Shown: one piece after another, positions 1 to 11,012 of the stretch
Position numbering within the stretch: the first letter of the stretch is position 1
Layout of the letters: each line of letters starts with the position of its first letter
Assembly (NCBI GenBank): GCA_041672945.1
Contig: JBAYYR010000001.1
Location: 1 to 63,664, forward strand
DNA from: Sulfurimonas sp.
GTDB taxonomy: Bacteria; Campylobacterota; Campylobacteria; Campylobacterales; Sulfurimonadaceae
Direction: 5' to 3'
DNA length: 63,664 nt
Program-made: the position numbers and the translations under genes
The notes under the pieces: generated by a model
What the model was told of the DNA's origin: nothing
Seen by the model: the letters and a program-made list of their open reading frames with translations, nothing else
The model's database searches: none

Positions 1-157
1 TGTACTCTTTTGCTTTTTGTACAATATCTTCTAAAGATGATTGCTCTTTAGATAGTGTTGTCATTCGTTTGATGTCTTGGGTGATGTCGGGAGAACTTAG
101 CAGTTGGCTAAGTTCGTTATAACGGTTGATAAACGGAGTGAGTTTATCGGCTAGCAT
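1..157 (-). CDS. prfA: peptide chain release factor 1, N-terminal part (gene runs off the left edge)
   Basis: Not in the ORF track because it is open-ended. Manual translation from the ATG at 157-155 gives [52 protein letters not shown], an RF1-type N-terminus. It starts 16 nt downstream of rpsT. Confidence 0.75.
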   Translation of the reverse strand, partial: MLADKLTPFINRYNELSQLLSSPDITQDIKRMTTLSKEQSSLEDIVQKAKEY

Positions 158-173
158 ATGTTGTTCTAGCCTA

Positions 174-434
174 TTATAGAGAGTTTAGTGCTTTGTGTAG
201 GCGACTTACTTTTCTAGCAGCAGTCTCTTTTTTCAAAACACCTTTGCTTACAAATTTGTGGATTTGTTGATTTGCAACTTTAAATGCCACACCTGCTTCT
301 TCTTTGTTTCCAGCTTCTATCGCCGCTCTTACATCTTTTACTATGTTTTTTAGACGAGTTCTATAAAAACGATTTCTTTCAGTTTTAACGATAGTCTGGC
401 GAATTCTTTTTACCGATGACTTGTGATTTGCCAT
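174..434 (-). CDS. rpsT: 30S ribosomal protein S20
   Basis: [13 protein letters not shown]... is a typical bS20. I prefer the internal ATG at 434 (AAGGA 8 nt upstream) over the track start at 452. Confidence 0.93.
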   Translation of the reverse strand: MANHKSSVKRIRQTIVKTERNRFYRTRLKNIVKDVRAAIEAGNKEEAGVAFKVANQQIHKFVSKGVLKKETAARKVSRLHKALNSL

Positions 435-513
435 AAAATGAGTCCTTCTCATAAATTTAAGTTCGCAATGCTACCTTAAAAATAATTAAAATTAAGTTAA
501 AATAAAACAATTA

Positions 514-522
514 TGCTAAAAT
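514..522 (+). promoter_or_regulatory. candidate extended -10 promoter element (TGcTAAAAT) for glmM
   Basis: A TGnTAnAAT match about 32 nt upstream of the glmM ATG, in an AT-rich spacer. Confidence 0.4.
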
Positions 523-553
523 ACTCAAACTTAATTAGCTATTGGGAGTTTAG

Positions 554-1894
554 ATGAGACTATTTGGTACAGATGGAGTTAGGGGAGAAGCGGGGAGTTT
601 TTTAACTGCTAAAGTTGCTATGAGAGTAGCTATGGCAGCAGCTATATACTTTAAATCACACTCAAAAACAAACAAAATTTTACTAGGCAAAGATACTCGT
701 AGAAGTGGCTATATGATAGAAAATGCGATAGTTAGCGGACTAACTGCTATAGGCTATGATGTGGTTCAAATAGGTCCTATGCCAACTCCTGCTATAGCTT
801 TTTTAACCGAAGATATGAGGTGTGATGCGGGGATTATGATAAGTGCATCACACAACTCATATGAAGATAATGGTATAAAGTTTTTTGACTCAAGAGGAGA
901 TAAGCTATCTCATAGTGCTGAAGAGGAGATAGAGAAGATTTTTTATAACGATGAGCTTATAGTATCTTCACAAGCTAGGGGTAGAGCGATAGGGAGTGCT
1001 AAGAGGATAGATGATGTTATAGGTAGATATATAGTTGCACTTAAAAACTCATTTCCAAAAGAGCTTTCGCTTAAAGATAAACGGATAGTTCTTGATTGTG
1101 CAAATGGGGCAGGTTATATAGTAGGTCCAACTGTTTTAGAGGAGCTTGGAGCCGAAGTTGTTGTCCTTCATGATAAGCCAAATGGGTTTAACATAAATGA
1201 GGGTTGCGGAGCTTTACATGCAAAAGATTTGGCTTCTAGTGTAAAAAAATATAGAGCAGACCTTGGTATCGCACTAGATGGTGATGCTGATAGAGTTGTT
1301 ATAGTAGATGAGCAAGGTGAGATAGTAGATGGTGATCATCTTTTAGGGGTACTTGGGGTTTATCTATATAAAAATCATCTTTTAAGTGGTGGGGCTATTG
1401 TTTCAACCATGATGAGCAACAAGGCTTTAGAGGACTATATGAGTAGTTATGGACTAAAGCTTTTTAGAAGTGCGGTTGGTGATAAAAATGTGTTAGAGCT
1501 TATGAAAAAAGAGGGGATAAACTTTGGCGGTGAGCAGAGTGGACATATAATATTTAGCGACTTTGCAAAGAGTGGAGATGGGCTAGTTTGTGGTTTGCAA
1601 GTTTTAGCACTCTTGCTTAGAGATGGTGGAGTAGCTTCTAGTGTGCTTAGACCTTTTAAGCTATATCCACAAAGGCTACTAAACCTAAAGGTTAAAAACA
1701 AAATCCCGCTAAATGAGCTAGAAGGGTACGATAAACTTATAAAAGAGATAGAAAAAGATGATGTTATACATCTAGTTAGGTACTCAGGGACAGAGAATCT
1801 CCTTAGAGTCCTTTTAGAGGCAAAAGATGTTAAAAAGATAGATAAATATATGCAAAAACTAGAAGATTTTTTCAAAAAAAGTTTAAATGATTAA
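554..1894 (+). CDS. glmM: phosphoglucosamine mutase
   Basis: Has [11 protein letters not shown] and the [13 protein letters not shown] phosphoserine loop. Length is 446 aa. Confidence 0.95.
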   Translation: MRLFGTDGVRGEAGSFLTAKVAMRVAMAAAIYFKSHSKTNKILLGKDTRRSGYMIENAIVSGLTAIGYDVVQIGPMPTPAIAFLTEDMRCDAGIMISASHNSYEDNGIKFFDSRGDKLSHSAEEEIEKIFYNDELIVSSQARGRAIGSAKRIDDVIGRYIVALKNSFPKELSLKDKRIVLDCANGAGYIVGPTVLEELGAEVVVLHDKPNGFNINEGCGALHAKDLASSVKKYRADLGIALDGDADRVVIVDEQGEIVDGDHLLGVLGVYLYKNHLLSGGAIVSTMMSNKALEDYMSSYGLKLFRSAVGDKNVLELMKKEGINFGGEQSGHIIFSDFAKSGDGLVCGLQVLALLLRDGGVASSVLRPFKLYPQRLLNLKVKNKIPLNELEGYDKLIKEIEKDDVIHLVRYSGTENLLRVLLEAKDVKKIDKYMQKLEDFFKKSLND

Positions 1895-2330
1895 AAAAAT
1901 AGCGATAATCTTTGCAGTTGCAATCTTCATCTTTTTACTAGATCAATACACAAAGTCTATATTTATAGATGGTTTTAGATATGAGAGTAGCTGTATAGAT
2001 TTGACTCTAGCATACAACAAAGGTGTAGCATTTTCTATGTTTGAGTTTTTGCAAGAGGATCTAAAATATATACAGATAGGTTTAGTCGCTCTTGTGGTTG
2101 GGTATATGATCTACTCACTTGAGGGTTGCTACAAGATCCCTATAGGGATACTTTTTGGTGCTGCTGTATCAAATATATACGATAGATTTGTCCATGGCGG
2201 GGTTGTTGATATGGTCTATTGGCACTGCGGATTTGATTTTGCTATATTTAATTTAGCAGATGTTATGATTGATCTAGCTGTTGTTTGGATACTTCTGCTA
2301 AATTTTAAACCAAAATTGTGTATTAAGTAG
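1887..2330 (+). CDS. lspA: lipoprotein signal peptidase (signal peptidase II)
   Basis: A 147-aa polytopic protein with NKGVAFS and FNLAD motifs. It overlaps glmM by 8 nt. Confidence 0.9.
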   Translation: MIKKIAIIFAVAIFIFLLDQYTKSIFIDGFRYESSCIDLTLAYNKGVAFSMFEFLQEDLKYIQIGLVALVVGYMIYSLEGCYKIPIGILFGAAVSNIYDRFVHGGVVDMVYWHCGFDFAIFNLADVMIDLAVVWILLLNFKPKLCIK

Positions 2331-2378
2331 TTTTTAGATATTATTGCCAAAAATTCTAATTTTTAAAGAAGGAAATCG

Positions 2379-3677
2379 ATGCAAGTCAAAGCAAATAAGA
2401 TAGATGGTGCAAATGCACAAATAGATGCGAGTATACCAAAAGATGTAGTTGAGAAAAACATAGATAAAGTTGCAAAAGAGCTAAGCAAAAGTGCAAATAT
2501 CCAAGGTTTTAGAAAAGGTAAAGCTCCTGTAAATGTTATAAAAAAGCAATTTGGCGATAAGTTAGTCCAAGATGCAGAGAGTGAAGCACTAAGAGATGTG
2601 CTAAATCAGGGTCTAAAAGAGTTAGATGTCGCTATGGATGCACTTTTGGGCGAACCTATGATAACTAAGTTTGATAAAGCTGAAGATAAGATAGAAGTTA
2701 GTGTAAAAGTCGCTATGAGACCAACTATAAAACTAGATGCTTATGCTGAGCTTGTTGAGAGTTTTGATAAGCCACAAGTTAGTGATGAGAAAGTTGATGA
2801 GAGAGTTGCTAAAATCGCAGAGGCTCATGCAAAATATGTAGAGATAAAAGAGCCAAGAGCAGCACAAGATGGCGATAGTGTAACTATTGATTTTGAGGGT
2901 AGTGTTGATGGTGAGATTTTTGAGGGTGGAACTGCTAAAGAGTACGATCTAGTTCTAGGTTCTGCTCAGTTTATACCAGGTTTTGAAGAGCAGCTAGTTG
3001 GTATGAATGTAGGTGAAGAGAGAGTTATAAAAGTGACTTTCCCAGCAGAGTATGGTTCAGAAAAACTAGCAGGTAAAGATTCAGAATTTAAGATAAATCT
3101 TCATGCTATAAAAGAGAAAAAAGCAGTCGCCATAGATGAGGAGTTTGCCGCTAAAGTTTTAGTAGGACAAGAGGATAATTCACTAGAAAATCTAAAATCT
3201 CAAGTAAAAAAACAACTAGAGCATGAGGCTCTTATGAAGCTTTATAACGAAGATCTAAAACCAGCTCTACTTGAAAAACTAGTAGATAGCTTAGAGTTTG
3301 ACCTACCACAGTTTGTAGTAGAACAAGAGATAGATGTCCATGTAAATAAAAAAGCTAGTGGCATGAGCGAAGATGAGATAAATGAGCTAAGAGATGATAA
3401 GTCTAAATTAGATGCACTTAGAGATACATTTCGTGAGGATGCAACTAAGAGTGTAAAAGCGACTTTTATCATAGATGCACTAGCAAAAGATCAAGATGTA
3501 AAAGTTAGCGAAAGCGATGTTATGCAAACTATATACTACGAAGCTATGCAGATGGGGCAAGATCCAAAACAAGCATACGATTACTATAAAGATTCGGGAT
3601 ACCTACCAGCTATACAGATGTCTATAGTTGAGGATAAAGTTTTATCAAAAATCCTAGATGCTAAGATGAAAGCATAG
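2379..3677 (+). CDS. tig: trigger factor
   Basis: 432 aa with GFRKGKAP and an FKBP-type middle domain, followed by clpP. Confidence 0.93.
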   Translation: MQVKANKIDGANAQIDASIPKDVVEKNIDKVAKELSKSANIQGFRKGKAPVNVIKKQFGDKLVQDAESEALRDVLNQGLKELDVAMDALLGEPMITKFDKAEDKIEVSVKVAMRPTIKLDAYAELVESFDKPQVSDEKVDERVAKIAEAHAKYVEIKEPRAAQDGDSVTIDFEGSVDGEIFEGGTAKEYDLVLGSAQFIPGFEEQLVGMNVGEERVIKVTFPAEYGSEKLAGKDSEFKINLHAIKEKKAVAIDEEFAAKVLVGQEDNSLENLKSQVKKQLEHEALMKLYNEDLKPALLEKLVDSLEFDLPQFVVEQEIDVHVNKKASGMSEDEINELRDDKSKLDALRDTFREDATKSVKATFIIDALAKDQDVKVSESDVMQTIYYEAMQMGQDPKQAYDYYKDSGYLPAIQMSIVEDKVLSKILDAKMKA

Positions 3678-3679
3678 AT

Positions 3680-4270
3680 ATGAGTTATGTCCCTTATGTA
3701 GTAGAAAAAACCTCTAGAGGCGAGAGAAGTTACGATATCTACTCAAGACTCTTAAAAGATAGAATCATTATGCTAAGTGGAGAGGTAAACGATGCCGTTG
3801 CCTCATCTATAGTGGCTCAGATGCTATTTTTAGAGGCTGAAGATCCGCAAAAAGATATATATTTTTATATAAACTCCCCTGGTGGAGTTGTAACGGCGGG
3901 TATGGCGATATATGATACAATGAATTATATCCGTCCAGATATAGTAACTATATGTATAGGTCAAGCGGCATCTATGGGGGCTTTTTTACTCTCAAGTGGA
4001 ACTAAAGGCAAAAGATATGCACTAAGTCATGCTAGAATCATGATACATCAACCGCTAGGTGGTGCTAGAGGTCAAGCTAGTGATATCGCTATTCAAGCTA
4101 AAGAGATCCTTAGAATGAAAGAGGAGCTAAACCAGATATTAGCTTCAAATACAGGTCAAAAACTAGCTAAGATAGAAAAAGATACCGATAGAGATAGCTT
4201 TATGAGTGCTGATGAAGCAAAAGAGTACGGCATGATAGATGAAGTGCTAACTAAAAATATAAAAGAGTAG
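3680..4270 (+). CDS. clpP: ATP-dependent Clp protease proteolytic subunit
   Basis: Has [16 protein letters not shown] and GQAASMGA (active-site Ser) plus MIHQP. Confidence 0.97.
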   Translation: MSYVPYVVEKTSRGERSYDIYSRLLKDRIIMLSGEVNDAVASSIVAQMLFLEAEDPQKDIYFYINSPGGVVTAGMAIYDTMNYIRPDIVTICIGQAASMGAFLLSSGTKGKRYALSHARIMIHQPLGGARGQASDIAIQAKEILRMKEELNQILASNTGQKLAKIEKDTDRDSFMSADEAKEYGMIDEVLTKNIKE

Positions 4271-4289
4271 TATCTATAAAGGGTATGGT

Positions 4290-5324
4290 ATGGCAGAGTT
4301 TTTAAGAGCAAAAAGCAGAAGAGAAGCTAAAGGGGCTGATGGTTTGGGTGTTGTAAAAAAAGAAGAACCAAAAAGTGAGATAGAGAGCTACTCAACTGAG
4401 GTTTTAAATGCTCTTATAAAGGATGGCTTACCGCCAACCCCTAGCAACTTTTCGCTCTACTTTGATAGACTTTTAGAAGATAAGAGTCAAAATGCCAAAG
4501 ATGCTATACTAGCTATCCTTGAGTTAGAAGAGTGCAATGAAGATGAGCGGATGTTACTGCTAGAGCAAAATCTTAAAAAAGGGTTTAGTTCTATCAAAAA
4601 CATACTCGCACTCACAACTAGTTTTTATAAAAACACATCGGTTATGAGCAAGATACTAAAAAAGCGTCAAGAGGAGCTAGGGGATAGCAAGAGTGATGAG
4701 CAAACTAGCAAGATTATAAACTCACTAGCTAGTGATGTAGATAAGCTAAATAGTATAGTCTCATCTCAAAACACTAGCATGAAAGAGCTTTATGATAATA
4801 CAGTCAAGATCATAAAGAGTGCTGAGGGTGAGACTATATTTGATAACCAGTACGGGGTTTATAACAAGCGATTTATCTTAAACAGAATAGAGCATGAGAT
4901 AGATTCAGTAAAGAGATATAAACATAAAAGCTCACTTATTATGATAGAGTTATCTAAAGATCTTAGAAGTAGTGTCCCTAGCGATAAAGCTATTGGGCTT
5001 ATGACGCGAACTATATCAAGACTGCTTTTAAAAACCTCAAGAAGAAGCGATGTAGTTGCACACTATGGAAACGGTGTTTTTATTATGCTTTTAAAATATA
5101 CCGATATAGAGAGTGCAAAAAAAGCGGCCGAGAGACTAAGTGATCTTATATCTAACTCTACATTTTTCTTAGGTGAAAAAGAGATACAATTAAGTGTCGC
5201 TATGGGGATAACAGATATAACAGAAGATACACTAGCTGAAGAGATAATAGTCAGTTCGATGGATGGGGTTGAGAGATCTTATGAAGAGACAGATGTTCAC
5301 TATAGTGTAGCCTTGAGAGGTTAG
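4290..5324 (+). CDS. GGDEF-domain protein with degenerate active site (GNGVF) and conserved RxxD I-site
   Basis: The C-terminal 160 aa has a GGDEF fold. RRSD-x5-GNGVF (residues 251-264) replaces RxxD-x5-GG(D/E)EF. The N-terminal half is coiled-coil-like with no TM segment. Confidence 0.7.
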   Translation: MAEFLRAKSRREAKGADGLGVVKKEEPKSEIESYSTEVLNALIKDGLPPTPSNFSLYFDRLLEDKSQNAKDAILAILELEECNEDERMLLLEQNLKKGFSSIKNILALTTSFYKNTSVMSKILKKRQEELGDSKSDEQTSKIINSLASDVDKLNSIVSSQNTSMKELYDNTVKIIKSAEGETIFDNQYGVYNKRFILNRIEHEIDSVKRYKHKSSLIMIELSKDLRSSVPSDKAIGLMTRTISRLLLKTSRRSDVVAHYGNGVFIMLLKYTDIESAKKAAERLSDLISNSTFFLGEKEIQLSVAMGITDITEDTLAEEIIVSSMDGVERSYEETDVHYSVALRG

Positions 5325-5325
5325 T

Positions 5326-5850
5326 ATGGATTTAGAGATAGTAGAGTACCCAGATAAAAGCCTTAGGCGGGTGTGTAGTGAAGTTGAGTGCTTTGATGGC
5401 TCCTTACATAGGCTTTTAGATGCTATGTATATAAAAATGTTGCAATCAAACGGTATAGGTTTAGCAGCGATTCAGGTAAATCATCCCATAAGAGCTTTGA
5501 TTATAAATATACCAGATGAAGATGGTGTTCAAGATGAGAAAGATCTTCTTGAGATTATAAACCCCCGTATAGTGTTTAAAGATGGAACCATAACTTATCA
5601 AGAGGGGTGTCTTAGTGTTCCAAACTTCTATGAAGATATAGAGAGGTTTGATAAGGTTATCTTGGAGTATCAAAATAGAGACGCAGAGTTAAAAACTCTT
5701 GAAGCTGATGGGCTTTTGAGTGTTGCCATACAACATGAATTAGATCATCTAAATGGGGTGCTTTTTATAGATAAACTCTCTTATTCAAGAAGAAAAAAAT
5801 TTGAAAAAGAGTACAAAAAGGCTCAAAAAGCTAAAAAACAAGAGAAGTAG
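5326..5850 (+). CDS. def: peptide deformylase
   Basis: Carries the [14 protein letters not shown] and HELDHL motifs. Confidence 0.96.
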   Translation: MDLEIVEYPDKSLRRVCSEVECFDGSLHRLLDAMYIKMLQSNGIGLAAIQVNHPIRALIINIPDEDGVQDEKDLLEIINPRIVFKDGTITYQEGCLSVPNFYEDIERFDKVILEYQNRDAELKTLEADGLLSVAIQHELDHLNGVLFIDKLSYSRRKKFEKEYKKAQKAKKQEK

Positions 5851-5852
5851 CT

Positions 5853-7358
5853 TTGAAGAGAGTCTTTTGTGCAACATATGAGGGGCTCGATGCAAAAGTT
5901 GTTGAGGTTGAATCTACCCTAACAAAAGGTTTGCCATCATTTAGCATAGTTGGGATGGCAAGTGCTTCTATAAGTGAAGCAAAAGATAGAGTAAAATCGG
6001 CACTTTTATGCAACAACTTTGTATTTCCCCCAAAGCGAATCACCATAAATCTAGCCCCAAGTGATATAAAAAAAGAGGGGAGCCATTTTGATCTTAGTAT
6101 CGCTTTACTTATCGCACTAGATAATCTTGAGGATGATTTTAGTGAGTGGTTTGTTTTTGGTGAGTTAGGGCTAGATGGTGCTATAAAATCTACCCAAGGG
6201 TTATACCCGCTACTTTTATCATTAGCAAATCAAGATGTTATAAAAAAAGCTATTGTCCCTTATGAGTCTTTAGACAAACTATCAAATATCCCAAATATTG
6301 AGCTTTATGGTATCAAGAGTCTATCTGAAGCTATAGAGCTTTTAAGTTCAGAGGTAAAAGAGCCAACTCTAAGTGCTAAAAAGATGAGCCATCAAAGCTA
6401 CACTGTGGGTGAGTGGGAGTATTTTTTTATAGATGAGTACAAAGAGGACTTTATAGATGTTTTAGGTCAAGAGGTGGCAAAAAGAGCAGCTCTTATAAGT
6501 GCCGCTGGATTTCACAATATACTGCTTGAGGGTAGCCCAGGGTGTGGAAAGAGTATGATAGCTTCAAGACTTAGGTATGTTTTGCCGCCACTAAATCAAA
6601 AAGAGTTGTTAGATATTGCAAAGCTAGATGCACTCGATGATAAAGAGCCAACTTTTAAACCACTCCGCCCATTTCGCTCACCTCATCACACCTCAACGGT
6701 TGCTAGTATATTTGGTGGTGGGAGCCATAAGGCTAAGATAGGTGAAGTGGGACTAGCTCATAATGGGGTACTTTTTTTTGATGAGCTTCCACACTTTTCC
6801 AAATCGATTTTAGAAGCTTTAAGAGAACCTTTGCAAGATAGCAAGATCCGTATATCTAGAGTAAACTCAAAAGTTGAGTATCCGAGTGATTTTTTATTTG
6901 TAGCTGCTATGAACCCTTGTCCGTGTGGAAATCTTCTAAATGAGCATCTAGAGTGCAGGTGCAATGAGCTTGAGATTAAAAAGTATAAAAACCGCTTGTC
7001 TGATCCATTTTTAGATAGGATAGATCTATATGTAGTGATGCAGCAGGTTAGTCCTGATGATAAAGCTAGTGTCGATTCTAAAACTATCCATGATATGGTA
7101 AAAGAGGTGCACAAAAGGCAACTATCTAGAGGTCAAAAAAGTTTTAATGCAAAGCTAAATGATGATGAGGTTGAGAGGTTTTGCTTGTTAGATGATGAGG
7201 CAAAAACGATATTAGATACCGCTATAAGTAGATTTGCTCTTAGTTTTAGAACTATAAAAAAACTAAAAAAAGTCGCTAGAACTATAGCTGATTTAGATGG
7301 AAGCAAGGTTATATCTAAGGCTCATCTTTTGGAGGCTCTAAGCTATCGAAGAAGGTAG
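5853..7358 (+). CDS. comM: YifB/ComM family Mg-chelatase-like ATPase
   Basis: 501 aa with Walker A GSPGCGKS and a Mg_chelatase-type C-terminus. TTG start. Confidence 0.88.
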   Translation: MKRVFCATYEGLDAKVVEVESTLTKGLPSFSIVGMASASISEAKDRVKSALLCNNFVFPPKRITINLAPSDIKKEGSHFDLSIALLIALDNLEDDFSEWFVFGELGLDGAIKSTQGLYPLLLSLANQDVIKKAIVPYESLDKLSNIPNIELYGIKSLSEAIELLSSEVKEPTLSAKKMSHQSYTVGEWEYFFIDEYKEDFIDVLGQEVAKRAALISAAGFHNILLEGSPGCGKSMIASRLRYVLPPLNQKELLDIAKLDALDDKEPTFKPLRPFRSPHHTSTVASIFGGGSHKAKIGEVGLAHNGVLFFDELPHFSKSILEALREPLQDSKIRISRVNSKVEYPSDFLFVAAMNPCPCGNLLNEHLECRCNELEIKKYKNRLSDPFLDRIDLYVVMQQVSPDDKASVDSKTIHDMVKEVHKRQLSRGQKSFNAKLNDDEVERFCLLDDEAKTILDTAISRFALSFRTIKKLKKVARTIADLDGSKVISKAHLLEALSYRRR

Positions 7359-7359
7359 C

Positions 7360-10300
7360 TTAGGCATTGTAGTAGTTTGCACTAGGGTGATAAACTACAA
7401 GTGCTGAAGTTGATTGCTCTGGGTGAATCTGAAATGTTTCGCTAAGCTCGATCCCAAACTCTTCAGGTTTTAAAAGGTTAAAAAGCCCACGATTAAGCTC
7501 AAGATCAGGACAAGCGGCATATCCAAATGAGTAGCGACACCCCTCATATGAGCTCATTTTTACATCACTTAGAGTGTTGCCCTCATCTTTTGCAATCCCT
7601 AGATCTAGTCTTATCTGTTTATGGGCTATCTCCGCTAGTGCTTCGGCTAACTCAACCCCTAATCCATGAAACTGGTAGTATAGAGTATAGTCACCATCTT
7701 TATAAATCTCTCTCTCTATCTCACTAAGTTTAGCCCCCGCACTTACACAAGTAAAAGCGACAACATCGTGCCTATCGCTATGGAAAAAATCACTCAAGGC
7801 ACGGTGTGGTTGTTTTGATTGTCTAGGAAATACAAACTTCTCTATCGCTCTATCTTTTATATCTTCAAGTCGCTCTTTATTTATCTCATTTTGGTTGTTG
7901 TACCCCTCGCTCTCATCAAAAACCAACAGGGTATTATCATCACTTCTACAAGGAAAATAGCCATATATGATAGTTGGCTCAAAAAGCTCCTCATCTAAAA
8001 ATCTACTCTTTAGTTTCTCATAAGCAGGATAGACTATCTCATCTAGTTGTTTTTGGTAAGCCTCTTTGCTTAGCCCTTTTGAGCCATATCCCCAGCGAGA
8101 TTTAAAAAGAAGTTTGTGGTTTATCCACTCAAATGCCATCTCTTTTTGTGCTTGAGTTAGTTTTAGCACTCTTCTTCCCCAAAATGGCGGAGTTGGAACA
8201 ACAACATCACGAGATGGCATCTCTATCTCTTCAAAAGGTGGGATAACAACCTCTTGTTTTACTTTTATAACTCTATCTTCATCATCTTTGCCGTGGAGAT
8301 CTGTATTAAAATCACCTTTTTCTATACGGCTCATAGCGACAACACCATCAAAAGCATCTTTGCAGTAAAATATAGGTCCATCGTAGTATGGGCGACAAAA
8401 CTCATCGACAAAATTACGATTAAGGGCTGCTCCACCCAAAAGCACAGGGACATTTATACCCTCTTTTTTAAGCTCCTCTAAGCTCTCTCTCATAACCTGA
8501 GTCGATTTTACTAAAAGTCCGCTCATCCCTATCGCATCGGCATTTGAGTCTTTTAACTCTTTTATAAACTGACTAACTTCAACTTTTATACCAAGGTTTA
8601 TAACCTTGTAGCCGTTGTTTGATAGTATGATATCAACGAGATTTTTACCCACATCGTGAACATCACCTTTTACTGTTCCAATAACTAGAGTTGTGTCGGT
8701 TTTTTTATCTATCTTTGGTAGGTATGGGTTTAGATAATCTACCGTTTTTTTCATAGTTTCAGCACTTTGAAGGACAAATGGTAGTTGCATCTCACCTTTT
8801 CCAAAAAGCTCACCTATAACCTTCATCCCATCTATAAGTATCTCATTTACTATAACTTCTGATTTTATCTTCTCTCTAAGCGATTCAACTAGCGGTATCA
8901 TCCTCTCTTTATCGCCATCCATAAGGAGTTTTTTTATCTTATCTTCATCGCTAAGAGCTAAGTACTCTTCATCCTCTTTGCTCTCATCTACCTGCTCTTT
9001 ATGGCTAAAATGCTCAATAAACTCAAATAGCGCATTTGGTGTTTTGTTGAAGATAAGGTTGTTACAGATATCTTGATCGGTTTGAGAGATTTTACTAAGT
9101 GGTAGTATATGGGCAACATTTATGATAACACTTGTAAGTCCCGCTTCATAACAGTGGTGCAAAAACATAGAGTTTAGATAGACTCTAGCATTTTTATCTA
9201 GCCCAAATGAGATGTTTGAGAGTCCAAGTATCGCCCCAACTTCAGGGTATTTTAACCTTAAGGCTCTTATAGCCTCTATGGTGTTTATCCCTGCATCTTT
9301 GTACTCCTCATCACCACTTCCTAAGGTAAATGTGAGTAGGTCAAAGACAAGGTTTCGTGGGTCTATGCCGTGTTTTTTGGTAGCAAGGTCATAGATGCGA
9401 GTAGCAACGGCTAGTTTTTGCTCTATGGTTTTTGCCATACCAACTTCATCGATGGTTAAACAAACTAGAGCTGCTCCGTATGTTTTGGCTAAGTTGCACA
9501 CTTTATCAAACTTATCTATCCCATCTTCAAGGTTTACTGAGTTGATTATAGCTTTTCCACCTATTAGCTTTAGTGCCTCTTCAAGTGCATCGACTTGTGT
9601 TGAGTCGGGCATTAGCGGGATAGATATCTTTTGAGCATATAGCCCCATCACCTCTTTTATATCTTTACTCTCATCTCTTCCTGCAAACCCTACACTAACA
9701 TCAAGTACATGAGCTCCTGCTCTAACTTGTTGTTGAGCGACACTTAAAGTCCCCTCATAGTTCTCTGCTAAAAGTAGCTCTTTAAAGGCTTTTGAGCCTG
9801 TTGCATTGCTTCTCTCACCCACTAGTAAAAGTGAAGACTCTTGCTTAAGGGGAGTTGAGCTAAAGAGTGAAGCAAGGCTCATGCTCATCTCTCCTTGTGG
9901 CTCTTTTGGTGTAAGATTTTTTGCTTTGGTTGCTAGTGCTTTTATATGCTTAGGTGTAGTTCCACAACATCCACCTAAAAAACTAACCCCATCATACTTT
10001 AAAAAACTACTCTGTATAGTGGCAAATTCGCTATCATCCATCGGGTAGTAACTAACCCCTCCACGGTTTTGTGGAAGCCCTGCATTTGCATGTACACTTA
10101 TAGGTTTACCCCAAATCTCACTTAGAGTTTTTATATGTTTTTCAACTTGAGTTGGTCCTGTTCCGCAGTTAAACCCAAGTGATAGTATCTCAAATGGCTC
10201 AAGTATAGTAGCAATTGTAGCAACATCACTCCCTATAAGCATGGTTCCACTTAGCTCAATAGTGACAGATACCATAACAGGTATGTCGCTATCCATCGCA

Positions 10301-10844
10301 CTATTTGCCTCTTTTATCGCATTTAGAAGAGCTTTTATCTGGAGTGGGTCTTGTGCGGTCTCTATCAAAAAAACATCAACACCACCATCTATAAGAGCTT
10401 TAGCACACTCCGTGTAGCCCTCAAACATCTCATCATAACCTATATGAGCTAGTGATGGGAGTTTTGCCCTGGTGCGATTGAGCCTAAAACAAGTCTTCTA
10501 TCGCCATTTTTAGTATATTTTTGACACTCTGCTTTTGCTAAAACTGCACCTGCTTTTGCTAGCTCATAAGAGCGATCCCCTAAAGAGTACTCATCTAGCA
10601 CCCACTTAAAAGCCCCAAAGGTGTTTGTTTTTATAAAATCGGCACCCGCTTCAAGGTAAGAGGCATAGATCTCACTTATAATCTTTGGGTATGTTACATT
10701 TAGTAGCTCATTGCACCCTTCATTGTCTTCCCAAGCACTTTGTGGAATCTCGCTATGTTTAGATTGGAGTTGTGTCCCCATCGCTCCATCGATTATCATC
10801 GCTCTTTTTTTTATGGTTTGTAAGATATACTCTCTAGTTTGCAT
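7360..10844 (-). pseudogene. metH: cobalamin-dependent methionine synthase, split into 131-aa and 1022-aa ORFs by a 1-nt frameshift near 10467
   Basis: The N-terminal ORF (10449..10844) starts the Hcy-binding domain. The large ORF holds the pterin-binding domain, the B12 domain (GDVHDVGKN) and the AdoMet-activation domain. Homology continues across the junction in a second frame. Confidence 0.85.
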
Positions 10845-10969
10845 TGTTAAATTCTTTAAAATATTATTTTGGATAGGATTTTAACCTATAGTTACAAAAG
10901 AGCGACTTATAAAAAAATAATAATCTTTAGTTATTAATATTATAATAAGAGTAAATTAAGAGAATATTT

Positions 10970-10978
10970 TGTTATAAT
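10970..10978 (+). promoter_or_regulatory. candidate extended -10 (TGtTATAAT) for ccoG
   Basis: A TGnTATAAT match 35 nt upstream of the ccoG ATG. AGGAG Shine-Dalgarno at 11000-11004. Confidence 0.5.
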
Positions 10979-11012
10979 GTTGTCAAAATTTAGTCATTTT
11001 TAGGAGATTTTT

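Noticed and set aside
1447-1875. A 142-aa ORF antisense to glmM. Similar shadow ORFs occur at 3242-3472, 6758-7114, 23583-23942, 37008-37328, 50393-50725, 60636-60947 and 61040-61372.
   Set aside because: All lie fully inside, or straddle, well-supported genes on the other strand. They have the Ser/Leu/Phe-rich low-complexity composition expected when Lys/Glu-rich codons are read backwards. None has a recognisable motif or a Shine-Dalgarno sequence.
7527-10048. Several 60-80-aa plus-strand ORFs inside metH (7527-7727, 8254-8481, 9212-9634, 9806-10048).
   Set aside because: They are antisense to a clearly homologous MetH reading frame and have no independent support.
10449-10844. The possibility that MetH is naturally encoded as two polypeptides.
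   Set aside because: The break falls inside the Hcy-binding barrel, not at a domain boundary. The conserved sequence also continues directly in a +1-shifted frame, which indicates an indel and not a designed split.
10845-11012. A possible SAM or B12 riboswitch upstream of metH.
   Set aside because: The 168-nt spacer is very AT-rich. I could not see any of the GC-rich conserved helices of those riboswitches. It is better explained as divergent promoters. A TTAAC-N5-GTTAC imperfect palindrome at about 10896-10910 is too weak to call.
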